From a virus (taxonomy: Duplodnaviria > Caudoviricetes): a DNA stretch of 64,000 bases. The notes beneath the pieces are model-generated. The model was not told the DNA's origin and made no database searches. It was given only the letters and a program-made list of their open reading frames with translations. The translations under genes and the position numbers were made by a program. The stretch lies in the IMG/VR virus record IMGVR_UViG_3300031555_001696; one strand, given 5' to 3'. Shown piece by piece: positions 21,317 through 32,214 of the stretch (positions are counted from its first letter, which is position 1; every line of letters begins with the position of its first letter).

Positions 21317-22270
21317 GTGATTAAAATGCTGAATAAAATACGAGCAGTTATGTTTGGTCATGCAGTCGGTGATGCGCTCGGCGTTCCAGTGGAATTTCGA
21401 AGTAGAGAGTATTTGGATCGTAAACCAGTAACGGATATGATTGGATATGGCACATATAATCTTCCTGCAGGATGTTGGTCAGACGATACTAGTATGTCGC
21501 TATGCGCACTTGAAAGCCTAGCTAAGGGAACTTTGGATTTCGATGACATTATGAAAAATTTTGGCAAATGGTGTTATCGTGGCGAATTCACTCCAGAAGG
21601 TTTTGTGTTCGACATTGGAAATACTTGTAGCTATGCTATTGATAATTATGTTTATGGTAAAATGTCTGCGCATAGTTGCGGTCTTTCTGATATAATGTCA
21701 AATGGAAATGGATCGCTGATGCGTATTCATCCTTTCGTATTGTATGCAGTATGTAATAATATCAATAACAGTAATTTTACGAGGATGATTATTCAAGCAT
21801 CCTCTTTAACTCACGCACATTGCATTTCAACGGATGGCTGTGTAATTTATGCTTATGTTTTAAGAGAGTTGCTCGCAAATCCATCAAAAAGTTCTGTTTA
21901 TCGAGCATTAAACACTGTTTCAGTTGACGATATTTATTATCCTCCCAATAAATATTATAATAGACTTTTGTGTCAAGACATTAGTTTGATTGATAGAAAT
22001 GAAATTAAAAGTTCTGGATATGTAGTAGATAGTCTTGAGGCTGCAATTTGGTGTTTGTTGACGACAAATAGTTATAATGAATGCGTGTTGAAAGCAGTAA
22101 ATCTGGGTGAAGATACTGATACGGTTGCGGCAATTGCAGGCGGATTGGCAGGTGCGTTGTATGGATTTGACGCAATTAATAAGGATTGGCTAGACACTCT
22201 GAAAAAGAAAGATTATATTGATAATATGTGCGATAACGCATACGAAAGGTGGTGTATGAATGATATGTAA
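21317..22270 (+). CDS. ADP-ribosylglycohydrolase (DraG/ARH family)
   Basis: GHAVGDALGVPVEF, WSDDTSM, GNGSLMR, THAH and GEDTDTVAAIAGGLAGA motifs. Confidence 0.95.
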   Translation: MIKMLNKIRAVMFGHAVGDALGVPVEFRSREYLDRKPVTDMIGYGTYNLPAGCWSDDTSMSLCALESLAKGTLDFDDIMKNFGKWCYRGEFTPEGFVFDIGNTCSYAIDNYVYGKMSAHSCGLSDIMSNGNGSLMRIHPFVLYAVCNNINNSNFTRMIIQASSLTHAHCISTDGCVIYAYVLRELLANPSKSSVYRALNTVSVDDIYYPPNKYYNRLLCQDISLIDRNEIKSSGYVVDSLEAAIWCLLTTNSYNECVLKAVNLGEDTDTVAAIAGGLAGALYGFDAINKDWLDTLKKKDYIDNMCDNAYERWCMNDM

Positions 22271-22979
22271 AGTATTTGATATTCATTCACATGTAGTTCA
22301 TGGCGTAGATGACGGATCATTAAATGTCGAAATGTCAATTGACATGTTGCGTGATGCATATAAACAAGGAGTTCGCACGATCGTATGTACATCACATAAT
22401 AGTTGTAACACGAAAAATTATATAAAAAACTTTAATGAGTTGCAAAAGCAGGTAAAAATAGAAAATATTAATATAAAATTATATAGAGGTTGCGAAGTTT
22501 ACTGTGAGGATGATATTATTGAAGAGCTTATTGACGAACTGAACGACAGAAGCATTCTAACTATCAACGGAACAAACTATGTGTTAATAGAATTTAATCC
22601 GTATGAAACAGCAGATGTTATTTTGAAATGTGTAAAAAATATTTCTTTGGCGGGTTATATTCCTATTCTTGCTCATATCGAAAGACACTATGGCTTGTCT
22701 ATGGAACCGAAATATATTAATATGTTGCAACAGTATGGCTGTTTGTTTCAAATTAACGCCTATAGTATTGTGGAAGAATCTGATAAACTTATTCGAAATT
22801 TTGCAAGAAAGTTATTGTATGAAAGGTTGATTACTTTTATTGGATCTGATGCACATAGAAGTAATCGTAGACCATATATGATTGATAGTGGCGTTGATTA
22901 TATTTATAAGTATTGTGAAGTTGAATATGCAAAAGATATTTGTTATCGAAATGCACAACAAATATTAGACTTAAATTAA
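22260..22979 (+). CDS. PHP-family tyrosine phosphatase (CpsB/CapC/YwqE-like)
   Basis: DIHSH..GVDDGS, CTSH, AHIERH and GSDAH motifs. Confidence 0.9.
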   Translation: MICKVFDIHSHVVHGVDDGSLNVEMSIDMLRDAYKQGVRTIVCTSHNSCNTKNYIKNFNELQKQVKIENINIKLYRGCEVYCEDDIIEELIDELNDRSILTINGTNYVLIEFNPYETADVILKCVKNISLAGYIPILAHIERHYGLSMEPKYINMLQQYGCLFQINAYSIVEESDKLIRNFARKLLYERLITFIGSDAHRSNRRPYMIDSGVDYIYKYCEVEYAKDICYRNAQQILDLN

Positions 22980-23008
22980 GAGACTGTTATAATGCAGTCT
23001 CTTTTTTT
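22978..23008 (+). terminator. Intrinsic terminator
   Basis: AAGAGACTG / CAGTCTCTT stem followed by a T-tract. Confidence 0.7.
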
Positions 23009-23026
23009 ATTAAGGAGGAAGTAATT

Positions 23027-23539
23027 ATGACTGTCGAAGAAATTAAAATCGCCAATTCGACATACCGGCGGAGTGGATCTTCTGTGTTTGATAAGAATGG
23101 AAACGTAAGATCTGTTGTAACACGATATGTGGAAAACCATGTGAATAAGTGTAAAAAGATTTTGGATTATGGTTGTGGTACGGAATTTGTCCAAGGAAAC
23201 TATCTACGGCAAAAGGGTTTTGATGTTGATGGATGGGATATTGGAGATAATAAACCACAAGATTGTGTTGACGAACTGCTGCAGATTTATGATGTTGTAT
23301 ATGCATCTAATGTATTGAACGTTATTAGTTCAGTACCAATGTTGATTGAAACTTTGGATCAGGTATATAAATGTCTTAAGATTGGTGGATGGTTTATTTC
23401 AAACTATCCTGCAGCACCTCGTAAAATGGATATTGATGTACGTTTGCTTGGAGATATTATTCAAGGCAAGTTTGGAGGAACAATTCAGATGGTTGGTGGA
23501 ACAAAGTCAACCCCAATTTGGTGCATAGTAAAACTGTAA
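23027..23539 (+). CDS. Class I SAM-dependent methyltransferase
   Basis: ILDYGCG, VDGWD and YDVVYASNVLNV motifs; start reassigned to the ATG after GGAGG. Confidence 0.8.
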   Translation: MTVEEIKIANSTYRRSGSSVFDKNGNVRSVVTRYVENHVNKCKKILDYGCGTEFVQGNYLRQKGFDVDGWDIGDNKPQDCVDELLQIYDVVYASNVLNVISSVPMLIETLDQVYKCLKIGGWFISNYPAAPRKMDIDVRLLGDIIQGKFGGTIQMVGGTKSTPIWCIVKL

Positions 23540-23628
23540 ATTTATTAGCAGATTATTATTAAAAACAGGGTTGACAAAACAAAATTAATGTAGTATTATA
23601 ATCACAAGATAGAAAGGAGCAAATAATA

Positions 23629-24531
23629 ATGGAGTGTCTTTTCAATACTAATTCTAATAATGTTGCTGCATATTGTAAGTATCATCATTGTGGAATGACC
23701 GTCAAGCAAATGAAGTGTAAAAATTGTCTTGGCAAATGTTGTCATTATTTAGTTAAAAATGAAAAGCATGATTACTGGAGACAAAGAGAGGTAAAAAAGC
23801 AACAAAGAAAAGCTCGCAAACAAGCAATTAATGAATATGTAGCTAGATTTTAATTGGAGGTAATATGTATGAATAAAGAAAGACGGAAGAAAGTATTAGA
23901 TGCAATTGCTGCAATTAATAAAATTGAAACGATTATTCAAAATATTTTGGACGACGAACAGGAAGCATACGATAATATGCCAGAGGGGTTGCAAACTTCG
24001 GAAAATGGAATGATTTCTGAAGAGGCACAAGAAAATCTAGATGCGGCAATTGAATCTTTAGAAGAAGCAATCAGCTATCTGGAGGAGATTTAAATGAAAC
24101 AAAATTACTTTGTTCATAATAATAATCGGTATGACAAGGGGACTATTGTTGTACTGTCAAGATTTGATATTTACTCTAAAAGAGTATGTGATACAAAAGC
24201 TAAATTTTTATATTATGATACAGAAACAAATGAGTACATTGTTGAGCTTTATGGGAAAGAATATAAATATGACAAGACGTACTTTAACGACAGTTTTATT
24301 GGTATCTATGATCCAAATGTACAACATACTAATGTCAAAAAACAAACAGAAAGATCATACACCTTTACTGACGAGTTAAATATTGATGGGCTTTTGATTG
24401 CATGGGCCTGGTATGTTTTTATTATGGCAGTAGGTGTTATTTTTTACGACAGAATTGGTATTTGGATTCTAGCATCTGTTATATTTTTTAACTACAGAAA
24501 TAAAAAGTTAAAGGAGGCTGGCTATAAATGA
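23629..24531 (+). other. Three small genes (23629-23853 Cys/His-rich, ~23854-24093, 24094-24531 with C-terminal TM segments)
   Basis: ORFs downstream of the TTGACA promoter at 23571. Confidence 0.7.
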
Positions 24532-25502
24532 GTGGGCGATATGAAAAAGAAAAGAAATTTGAAGATCGAATTACAGAAAAATTAAAATCTTCTCCGCCAA
24601 TTATGACTGATTACTACTATCATTTAACTGGCGCAGGAAGATCTCCAATGACATCTTATAATTATCTTATGAATGTAATGTCATTTGTTGAATTTACATA
24701 CAAAAACAATATTCCAGATGATTTTTATAAAAAAATCAAAGCAGTCGATATTAATAAATATATTGCATCTTTGCGCACAAGGGAGATCAATGGCAAAACG
24801 GAGCGTACGTCTGATAGTTTCAGAGCAGTGCAATGGTCATCTTTGAATTCTTTTTTTCAATTCTTAATTCCAGAGTATATCAAAGAAAACCCTGTTGCAT
24901 ATACAAGTAGGCCTAAAATGAAGGATAAACCAAGTGTCACATATTTAACAGGAGAAGAGATTACTGCTCTTCTAAAGCATGTTGAATTCAATGCAAACGA
25001 TAGACTTGTAAATAGAGATCTATGCTGGATGAAGCTAGGTTTCAGCACTGGACTTCGTGTATCTGCAATTCTTCAAATTGACATTAGTGATATTGATTTT
25101 GAAAATAATCAGATACGAGTAACTGAAAAAGGCGATTATGATGAATATATTATGTTTGGCGAAAATCTAAAGGAACAGTTGTTGGCATGTATTAGAGATA
25201 GAAAATATATCTGTGATAATATCGATACCGATGCATTGTTTATATCACAAATTGGAAACCGATTAAGCGTAGATATGCTTTCAAAACTTTTGAAGCAATA
25301 TGCTAGTAAGATAACAAAAAAGAAGATTACTCCGCATGTTATGAGACACTCTTGTGCAACTAATCTTTATGAAAAAACTGGTGATATCTATTTATGTTCT
25401 AAACAGCTTAATCATAAGAATGTTGCAACAACAATGAGATACGCAGAAATCTCTAAGGAAAAACAAAGAGAAGCAACAAATATTCTTGACAACTTAATTT
25501 GA
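24528..25502 (+). CDS. Tyrosine recombinase (XerC/D-like)
   Basis: TGLRVS, EKG, TPHVMRHSCAT and LNHKNVATTMRY give the full R-K-H-R-H-Y catalytic set. Confidence 0.92.
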   Translation: MSGRYEKEKKFEDRITEKLKSSPPIMTDYYYHLTGAGRSPMTSYNYLMNVMSFVEFTYKNNIPDDFYKKIKAVDINKYIASLRTREINGKTERTSDSFRAVQWSSLNSFFQFLIPEYIKENPVAYTSRPKMKDKPSVTYLTGEEITALLKHVEFNANDRLVNRDLCWMKLGFSTGLRVSAILQIDISDIDFENNQIRVTEKGDYDEYIMFGENLKEQLLACIRDRKYICDNIDTDALFISQIGNRLSVDMLSKLLKQYASKITKKKITPHVMRHSCATNLYEKTGDIYLCSKQLNHKNVATTMRYAEISKEKQREATNILDNLI

Positions 25503-25568
25503 TTGTCAAAATTTACAGATTGACAAACACATGTTTGTTCTAATAAAATAAAATTAACCCCACAAGGA

Positions 25569-26495
25569 GTGGAAAGTATGTACAAAAAAGAAAGAAAAGA
25601 GGAATTTATAAAGGATATACTGAGAAGTAGAGTAATACAAAAAACAACTTTATATGCTATCTTTAAAAAGACAGCGCCGTTTGAAGAAAAGTTCAAAAAG
25701 GATTGTTGCCAGTTTAATAAAGAAGAAGCAATGGAAATGTTTTATGAGTTTAAGTGCAAGAGCATCTATACGTTACTAAATAACAATACGATCATGAAAG
25801 CGTATAGTGCTTTTGCAGAATATTATCACGGGATTAAATCAGATAAGGTGTATGAAAGCTTTACGATATCTGATTTGAAACCATGTGTTGCAGAAAGTAA
25901 AAATAAACTAATAACACGAGAAGATTTGGATGATATTAAGATCCAGCTATTAAATGCAGTTGATAGATGTATTGTCGAAGCGTTATGGGAAGGAATTTCT
26001 GGAACGTCAATGCGAGATATTACAGGGCTTCAAGAAGAGCAGCTAGATAAGACAAATAAACAATTGCACTTTGAAGATGGTCGTGTGTTAAATTTAACAG
26101 ATAAATTATATGAGGATTTAATTAAAGCATTTAAGCAGATCGAATATATATGCTATGGAGAAACCCTACGAGTGAAAAAACTGGTTGGTTATGGGCGTTT
26201 ATACAAGGAGAGGGACAATGCCATTGGACAGCTAGATTCAGAAGACAGACGTTTCAGATGGATCTACAGGAAGGTGCAGATATTTAGAGACCATGTTGGA
26301 ATGCCATGGCTAACAATGAAGATAATTCAAAACAGTGGATTTGCGCATTATTTAAAACTTGGAATGGATAAGAGCGGACTTGCAATTAAAGATTTCTTAA
26401 AAACAGAAGAAGGAAATGAGTTGCTGGTAAGATACGGCTACGAGTCAAGATTTGCGATTGATAATGTGATCCACAAATATAAAGATTATGTATAG
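25569..26495 (+). CDS. Integrase-fold DNA-binding protein, probable MrpR(YopR)-like repressor
   Basis: MYKKERKEEFI N-terminus and degenerate recombinase motifs (LWEGISG..DI); next to a Tyr recombinase, as in SPbeta-like phages. Confidence 0.55.
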   Translation: MESMYKKERKEEFIKDILRSRVIQKTTLYAIFKKTAPFEEKFKKDCCQFNKEEAMEMFYEFKCKSIYTLLNNNTIMKAYSAFAEYYHGIKSDKVYESFTISDLKPCVAESKNKLITREDLDDIKIQLLNAVDRCIVEALWEGISGTSMRDITGLQEEQLDKTNKQLHFEDGRVLNLTDKLYEDLIKAFKQIEYICYGETLRVKKLVGYGRLYKERDNAIGQLDSEDRRFRWIYRKVQIFRDHVGMPWLTMKIIQNSGFAHYLKLGMDKSGLAIKDFLKTEEGNELLVRYGYESRFAIDNVIHKYKDYV

Positions 26496-26558
26496 AGACG
26501 GAAGTTGTAGTTTTTTATTTATGAAGAGATATGATGGCATTCGGAGGGTAAACAGAAG

Positions 26559-27568
26559 ATGAATTTAGGTATTGAAAAATTTATAGAAGAGTTAAATAAA
26601 ATAAATGGGAAGCGCGTAAAAATAGACATTGTTCATAAACTTTATGGAAATCAGACAATTGAATATGACCTTTGTATTCTTAATGACAAAGGTCGTCTTG
26701 GTTTCTGTATTAACGAACAAGAGATTTATATAAACAAAGGGTATATCTTGGACTGTGGTATAATAAAGGGTGTGTATTTTTGGACAGATAAGATCATGGC
26801 GATAAAAATACAAACAACTTAATGTGTAGGTAAAACTACAGGGAAATGGGGTGCTAACTAGCAAAGGGATCTATACAAGTCAGGGGACTTGACAAAATAG
26901 AAAAAGTATGATATAATACAGCCATCAGATAAACAATACAAAATGAATGTGTTGAAAGTTGGTGGGAAAGGAGAACGAGCATGGATGGAACAAGAGAAAG
27001 AAAGAGTGTGGCTTCAATGTACTAACTGCGGCTGTATACATATAATTGAGCGAAAGATCCCAATTGAAAAAGTTTTTATAGATTTATATTGCAGTAAATG
27101 TGGAAATGGAAGAGCTTTAAATTGTGGGTATAGTGAAGACGATTTAAGTATATTGAAAGACTCATTTTTAGATGAACGTTATTATTAACAATACAAAATG
27201 AATTAAAAGGAGATTAAATTATGGTGTATCAGAGTACGTATGTGACAGAGGGGCTAGTATTTCATAGCAGAGAAGACACGGATGATTTTTGCATCGTGGC
27301 GCTGACTAAGAACCTAGACGGAAATACCTTTACTGTCGAAGTGGATTTTGATGATGAATGGCAGTGGGAATTTAATATGAGCAGTCCCGCAAATTATGAA
27401 ATGGTAAAGCACATGATTATGGATGTGATGTTTGCGTGTGATGATGAAGATGATGTGCTACTTGAACTAGATAGTATGTTTGAGGAAATGTTTGGTGATA
27501 TTGCAGAGTGGGAATGTGAAGCAACTTGTAATTGTGAGACTGGTTGCAATCATTGTGGATGTAAGTAA
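26559..27568 (+). other. Three hypothetical genes (26559-26822, ~26981-27188 Zn-ribbon, 27221-27568)
   Basis: ORFs with RBSs; promoter TTGACA-N17-TATAAT at 26889-26917. Confidence 0.65.
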
Positions 27569-27587
27569 TTTAAGGAGGATATAAATA

Positions 27588-28784
27588 ATGGCAAATAATT
27601 TTCAGTTTACGGGTAAGATTGCCCTAGGTAAAGACAGCGAGAAATTTCATCCTATTGAGAGAAAGGATTTTTCTAGTGGATGGACAAACACCACTGTAAA
27701 GTTTAATTGTATCAGTGATACGAATAGAGTACTGTGTGTTGCACAGGGCGGTAAGTGGACAGACGACAAAAAGAATACCGTTAAGACATTTAGCAAGTCC
27801 ACCACTGATGAAAACGGCAAGGTAACTAAGGGAGAAAAAATTGACATTCCTTGGGCAAAGCGATTCGACAAAGATCAGATTGATAAGGTTGCAGGATTTA
27901 AGAAGTTCGTCGTTGATACTGGCGACTATAAGATGAGATATAGACTACAGGATTTTGTAGCCGCACTTGAAAAGGGAACTGTAACCGATGAACAAATCGA
28001 AGAATTTGGCATTGATAATCTTGATGACGCAAAGACTGCACTAGAGAAGTCTCAGGCAAAGAGAAAGGAATTCTTGTCCGAGTGGGATTTTGCAGAGTAT
28101 ATGATTAAGGTGGCACAGTCCGACAAGATGAAGGACAAGCTGTTTAACATTTCTGGTGACTATGAAGTGCAATATAATGCTGATAAGGATAGATTTTACA
28201 CTAATTATCATGTAAACAGAGTTGTGCTTGCAGCCGAGGATGCAGAGCCTAAGACGGAAATGAAGGTAGACTTCTTCTTTGGTGAGGATGCTTGGGACGA
28301 CAGTAATTACGAAGAGACTGGGAGAGTTCTCGTAAATGGATGGGTTTCTTACTATGATAACAACTGTAAGAAGAACGGTTTCCAGAATATGACGGTTGTC
28401 ATCAGAGAAGAAAATGAAAAGAAAAGAAATGCCCTTAAGAGAAAGTTTACTTGTGACGATGGCATTAAGCAGATTGGTCTAACGCTAAGTGTTATTGAAG
28501 GAGCAGAGGTTATCGAGCTTACTATGGACATGCTTGATGATGAGACTCGCGAGGATATCGAGTGCGGTCTACTAGATTTCGAGGACGTTAAGAGAGAACT
28601 AGGCGGTAGAGCTATTGGCGATAGAATTAGCGAGCTAAGATTTGCAGAACTAACTCCTAAAAAGAACGTAGCAGAGGCTACAGTTTATACTGCGGATGAT
28701 ATGCATCCTGCAAGAGAAGATGTAGTTGAAGAAGAGGAAGAAGAAATTGTAGATCTATTTGAAGATGACGAAGATGATCTTTGA
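27588..28784 (+). CDS. Probable single-stranded DNA-binding protein
   Basis: 398 aa with a very acidic C-terminal tail; first gene of the replication module. Confidence 0.55.
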   Translation: MANNFQFTGKIALGKDSEKFHPIERKDFSSGWTNTTVKFNCISDTNRVLCVAQGGKWTDDKKNTVKTFSKSTTDENGKVTKGEKIDIPWAKRFDKDQIDKVAGFKKFVVDTGDYKMRYRLQDFVAALEKGTVTDEQIEEFGIDNLDDAKTALEKSQAKRKEFLSEWDFAEYMIKVAQSDKMKDKLFNISGDYEVQYNADKDRFYTNYHVNRVVLAAEDAEPKTEMKVDFFFGEDAWDDSNYEETGRVLVNGWVSYYDNNCKKNGFQNMTVVIREENEKKRNALKRKFTCDDGIKQIGLTLSVIEGAEVIELTMDMLDDETREDIECGLLDFEDVKRELGGRAIGDRISELRFAELTPKKNVAEATVYTADDMHPAREDVVEEEEEEIVDLFEDDEDDL

Positions 28785-28818
28785 TATGCATAAATGAATA
28801 AAAGGAGATTTGATATAA

Positions 28819-29967
28819 ATGGGTAAATTTGGACGTAAGGTAAATGTAGCAACCGACCTAAGCAAGTATATGATTGGCGTTATGGCACCGTCTGGTTTCG
28901 GTAAAACCACTCTAATGTACGAGATGTGCGAAAAAGAATTTGGTCCAGACGGCTATATCATCCTAGATATGGCGCAAGAAGATGGTGTTGCAGCACTACA
29001 GGGCGCAGTTGCTGAAAAAGTAACGACTTGGAAGAAGATGAAGGAAGTCGTAGATGATATTGTCAAGAACAAGGAGACTGATTATCCTGATCTAAAGGTA
29101 GTTATCATGGACACTTTGGATGCAGCATTTGAGGCCGCAGAACAGTATGCTGTTGATACATACAATAGAGAGAATATGGGCAAGCAAGGATTCACTAAGG
29201 CTTCAAGTATCAACTCTGTAGAAGGCGGCTTTGGTCGTGGCCTGGAAAAGGTAATTGAGTATGTTAAGAAGGAAATTGTTCGTTTAAATAGTGTTGGTGT
29301 TGGAGTATATTGGACCGCACACGTAAAGGAAAAGGATCAGGTAGATCTATTTACTGGCACTCAGTATACGACTCTGACCGCAAACATGTCTATGAAGTAT
29401 TTCAATGCAATTAAGAACTCTTCTCATATTGTTGCATTTGGTTACTTTGATAGAAGCATCGAGAAGCAGGCTGTAGGTGAGGTAAATCCTATTACCAAGA
29501 AGGCAAAGGAAAGAAAGTCTGTTCTTGCTGAGGCTAGAAAGCTAAAGTTTAGAGACGATGCTATGATTGCAGATGCAAAGAGTAGATTTTCCGAGATTAC
29601 TGACGAGATTGATCTAGATGCAGACCTGTTTATTAAGGCAATTAAGGATGCTATTGAAGCTGAAAGAGGTAAGGGTTGTTCCACGGCTACTCCTAAGGCA
29701 CCTAAGAAGTCCACTCCTGCACCTGTAGTAGTTGAGCCCGAAGACGACGAAGATGACACTTCTATTCCATTTGACATTGATGACGACCTAGACGCTCCTG
29801 TCGAAGTAGATTTCGCTGCTCTAAGAACCGAAATTCGCAATAAAAATAAGACAGGTACTGCCGAGCAGAAGAAGCAAGTTAAGGCAATCATCGCATCTAC
29901 TGGTGTTAAGCTAGATGAAATTGAAGATGTAAATGTTCTAACTCAAATTCTAGAAGTTTTTGAATAA
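28819..29967 (+). CDS. AAA-family ATPase (Sak4/AAA_24-like)
   Basis: APSGFGKTT Walker A, VVIMDT Walker B, TAHVKEK. Confidence 0.8.
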   Translation: MGKFGRKVNVATDLSKYMIGVMAPSGFGKTTLMYEMCEKEFGPDGYIILDMAQEDGVAALQGAVAEKVTTWKKMKEVVDDIVKNKETDYPDLKVVIMDTLDAAFEAAEQYAVDTYNRENMGKQGFTKASSINSVEGGFGRGLEKVIEYVKKEIVRLNSVGVGVYWTAHVKEKDQVDLFTGTQYTTLTANMSMKYFNAIKNSSHIVAFGYFDRSIEKQAVGEVNPITKKAKERKSVLAEARKLKFRDDAMIADAKSRFSEITDEIDLDADLFIKAIKDAIEAERGKGCSTATPKAPKKSTPAPVVVEPEDDEDDTSIPFDIDDDLDAPVEVDFAALRTEIRNKNKTGTAEQKKQVKAIIASTGVKLDEIEDVNVLTQILEVFE

Positions 29968-29976
29968 TAACACTTA

Positions 29977-30007
29977 AGGTGGGGTGGGAAACCACCTCAC
30001 CAATTTT
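29977..30007 (+). terminator. Intrinsic terminator
   Basis: GGTGGGGTGG / CCACCTCACC stem followed by AATTTT. Confidence 0.65.
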
Positions 30008-30074
30008 ATAATGTACATAAATATGTACAAAAGCGGCTATTTTGTAAATATTTATTTACGTTAGGAGGTACAAT

Positions 30075-30596
30075 ATGAGATGCAAATGTAGACAATGCCA
30101 AACAAATTTAAATACACAAGACGCATACAAGACAACAATTAATAATAAAAATGCTTATTTCTGTAATCAGGATCACTATGAAAAGTTTTTGCACAGTGAA
30201 GAAAAGAAAAAGAAAAAGCAAGAACAAGAGGCACAAACAAGAGAAAAGTTTTATAATTTGTTCTGTGAAATTCTAGGAGTTAATGGGATTACGAACACTG
30301 CTCTGTGGAAAGAAAAAACAGAAATTAATAAGGTGTTTTCAGACGAAGTTATGATCTCGTATTTGGAAGAGAATAAGGGCTGGATTACTACTGCTGTAGG
30401 ACGTCTTAGTGGTGGTGAATATGGCAAAATTCGCTACGTGAGCGTGATTCTGCGGAACAAGTTGGGAGATTATAAGCCAAAGGTGACTACCAAAGAAATT
30501 GTGCAGCCTAATATCCAAGATGAGCACTATGAAACAAAGTTTAAACTAAAAAAACGTAGAGGTTTTGAAGATTTGGAGGACGATTGTGATGAGTAA
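30075..30596 (+). CDS. Zn-finger replication-module protein (possible helicase loader or initiator)
   Basis: CxxC...FCxxxH; directly upstream of the helicase. Confidence 0.55.
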   Translation: MRCKCRQCQTNLNTQDAYKTTINNKNAYFCNQDHYEKFLHSEEKKKKKQEQEAQTREKFYNLFCEILGVNGITNTALWKEKTEINKVFSDEVMISYLEENKGWITTAVGRLSGGEYGKIRYVSVILRNKLGDYKPKVTTKEIVQPNIQDEHYETKFKLKKRRGFEDLEDDCDE

Positions 30597-32154
30597 TGAT
30601 GTATTTATTACTGGTGTAAAAGAAAAATACCCAAAAGAACTATTAGAAGGTAGAGTTAATGTTGAAGCGAACGTTATCGGATGTATGGTTTCAGATATGC
30701 TGTTGGCTGAGGATACAAATATAGATTCTTCAAAATTTCTAACTAAGGATGCAAGATTAATTTTTGGGATTATCAAAACGCTTAGAGCGAAGCGCTGTGC
30801 AGTATTCGATGAGGTGTCCGTACTGACGTATGTCTCTGAGGACATAAAAGAGAAGTTAGATATACTTGGCGGAGTTTGTGCTGTAAAAAATATTGCAGAT
30901 TGTGTTAATATTAGAAACTATGATGCCTACTTAGATAATTTGCTTAAGTCAAATATTATTCTGGACATGCATACTTTCGGTTTTAATCTTCTTGATCCTA
31001 TTGAATATGAAGGGAAAACTATTAAACCTTTAAAACTGTTTTCCAAAATGACTAGCGAGCAGGTTACAGATTGGTATACTGCTAAGTTGGAAAGTTTTGG
31101 AACTGGATATAGTAGTAAAGTGCTAGAAGAAGAGGAGCTTGATTTAACTGATGATTTTATCGCAAGTCTTGAGAGTGGAGAAGAAGCAGGAACTCCATTT
31201 GAATTCTTTGATGATGATGAAGATGGGAACCCCGTCCCTGCATTAAAGTACTTTTCAAAGCAGGTTAATGGAATTCCAGATGGCATGACTATTATTGGCG
31301 GATTTTCTAATGTAGGTAAGACGACTTTGATTTTAACACTGCTCATGTCGATGCTGCATGAGGGACGTAAGTGTATGGTTATTTCTAACGAGCAGAGATC
31401 TAAAGTATTTAAGGTTGGATTTTTATTGCTAATCCTAACAAAGCACTTTAATTATTATAATCTGACAAAAACAAAGCTGACTAACGGAAATATTACCGCA
31501 GAGGATAGAAAATATATTAAGAAAGCGCAAGAATATTGGAGAAAGCATTATAAGGGTCAGATATGGTTTATCAGTATTCCAGATAGTGATGTCAATTTTG
31601 CAGTTAAAAAATTCAGAATTGGTATTTTAAACAAGGGAATTCAGACTTGTGTTTATGATACATTCAAGTGTGACTTTTCTTCAAATGGAGACGATAACAC
31701 ATGGGTTTCTCTTATTAAAGACAGCCGTAAGCTTGAGGCGTTGAGTCGTAAATATCCAGGTACACAGGTTATTTGTAGCCTACAGTTGGCAATCAATAGT
31801 CTTGGTAAGTTGTTTTTGGATAGTTCTGTCTTGAGTATGAGTAAGCAGATCAAAGAGGTTTGCGACCTTATGATTCTATGTAGAGCGATGTATCAAGAAG
31901 AGTTTGATTCTAGCAGTAAGTTCTACTGCAAGCCATTTAAGACTGTACAAAATGAACAAACGGGTGAATGGGAAAATGTAGACTGGGTTCCAAAGCCAGA
32001 TACAGTATATAGAGCCGTATTTATTGAAAAGAGCCGCTCGTCAGGTTCGGTCAGCTCAGATACTGGAATTGGTTATATTTTCTCATTCCAAGGACAGTGG
32101 GGATTATGGTCTGATGCAGCGAAAGCGAAATTTGCACACGGATTTATTCAGTAA
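30589..32154 (+). CDS. DnaB-like replicative helicase
   Basis: GGFSNVGKTT Walker A, SNEQ, VYDTFK, LQL and EKSR motifs. Confidence 0.85.
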   Translation: MSNDVFITGVKEKYPKELLEGRVNVEANVIGCMVSDMLLAEDTNIDSSKFLTKDARLIFGIIKTLRAKRCAVFDEVSVLTYVSEDIKEKLDILGGVCAVKNIADCVNIRNYDAYLDNLLKSNIILDMHTFGFNLLDPIEYEGKTIKPLKLFSKMTSEQVTDWYTAKLESFGTGYSSKVLEEEELDLTDDFIASLESGEEAGTPFEFFDDDEDGNPVPALKYFSKQVNGIPDGMTIIGGFSNVGKTTLILTLLMSMLHEGRKCMVISNEQRSKVFKVGFLLLILTKHFNYYNLTKTKLTNGNITAEDRKYIKKAQEYWRKHYKGQIWFISIPDSDVNFAVKKFRIGILNKGIQTCVYDTFKCDFSSNGDDNTWVSLIKDSRKLEALSRKYPGTQVICSLQLAINSLGKLFLDSSVLSMSKQIKEVCDLMILCRAMYQEEFDSSSKFYCKPFKTVQNEQTGEWENVDWVPKPDTVYRAVFIEKSRSSGSVSSDTGIGYIFSFQGQWGLWSDAAKAKFAHGFIQ

Positions 32155-32214
32155 TTACGCTTGACAAATTAAAATGTTTATGATAATATTAACAACACGA
32201 AATTAATGTAGGAG

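Noticed and set aside
22940-23026. N-terminal extensions given by the ORF track (22940; likewise 38812, 40922, 45051, 51119)
   Set aside because: They run through terminators, promoters, other genes or a tRNA; downstream ATGs have proper RBSs.
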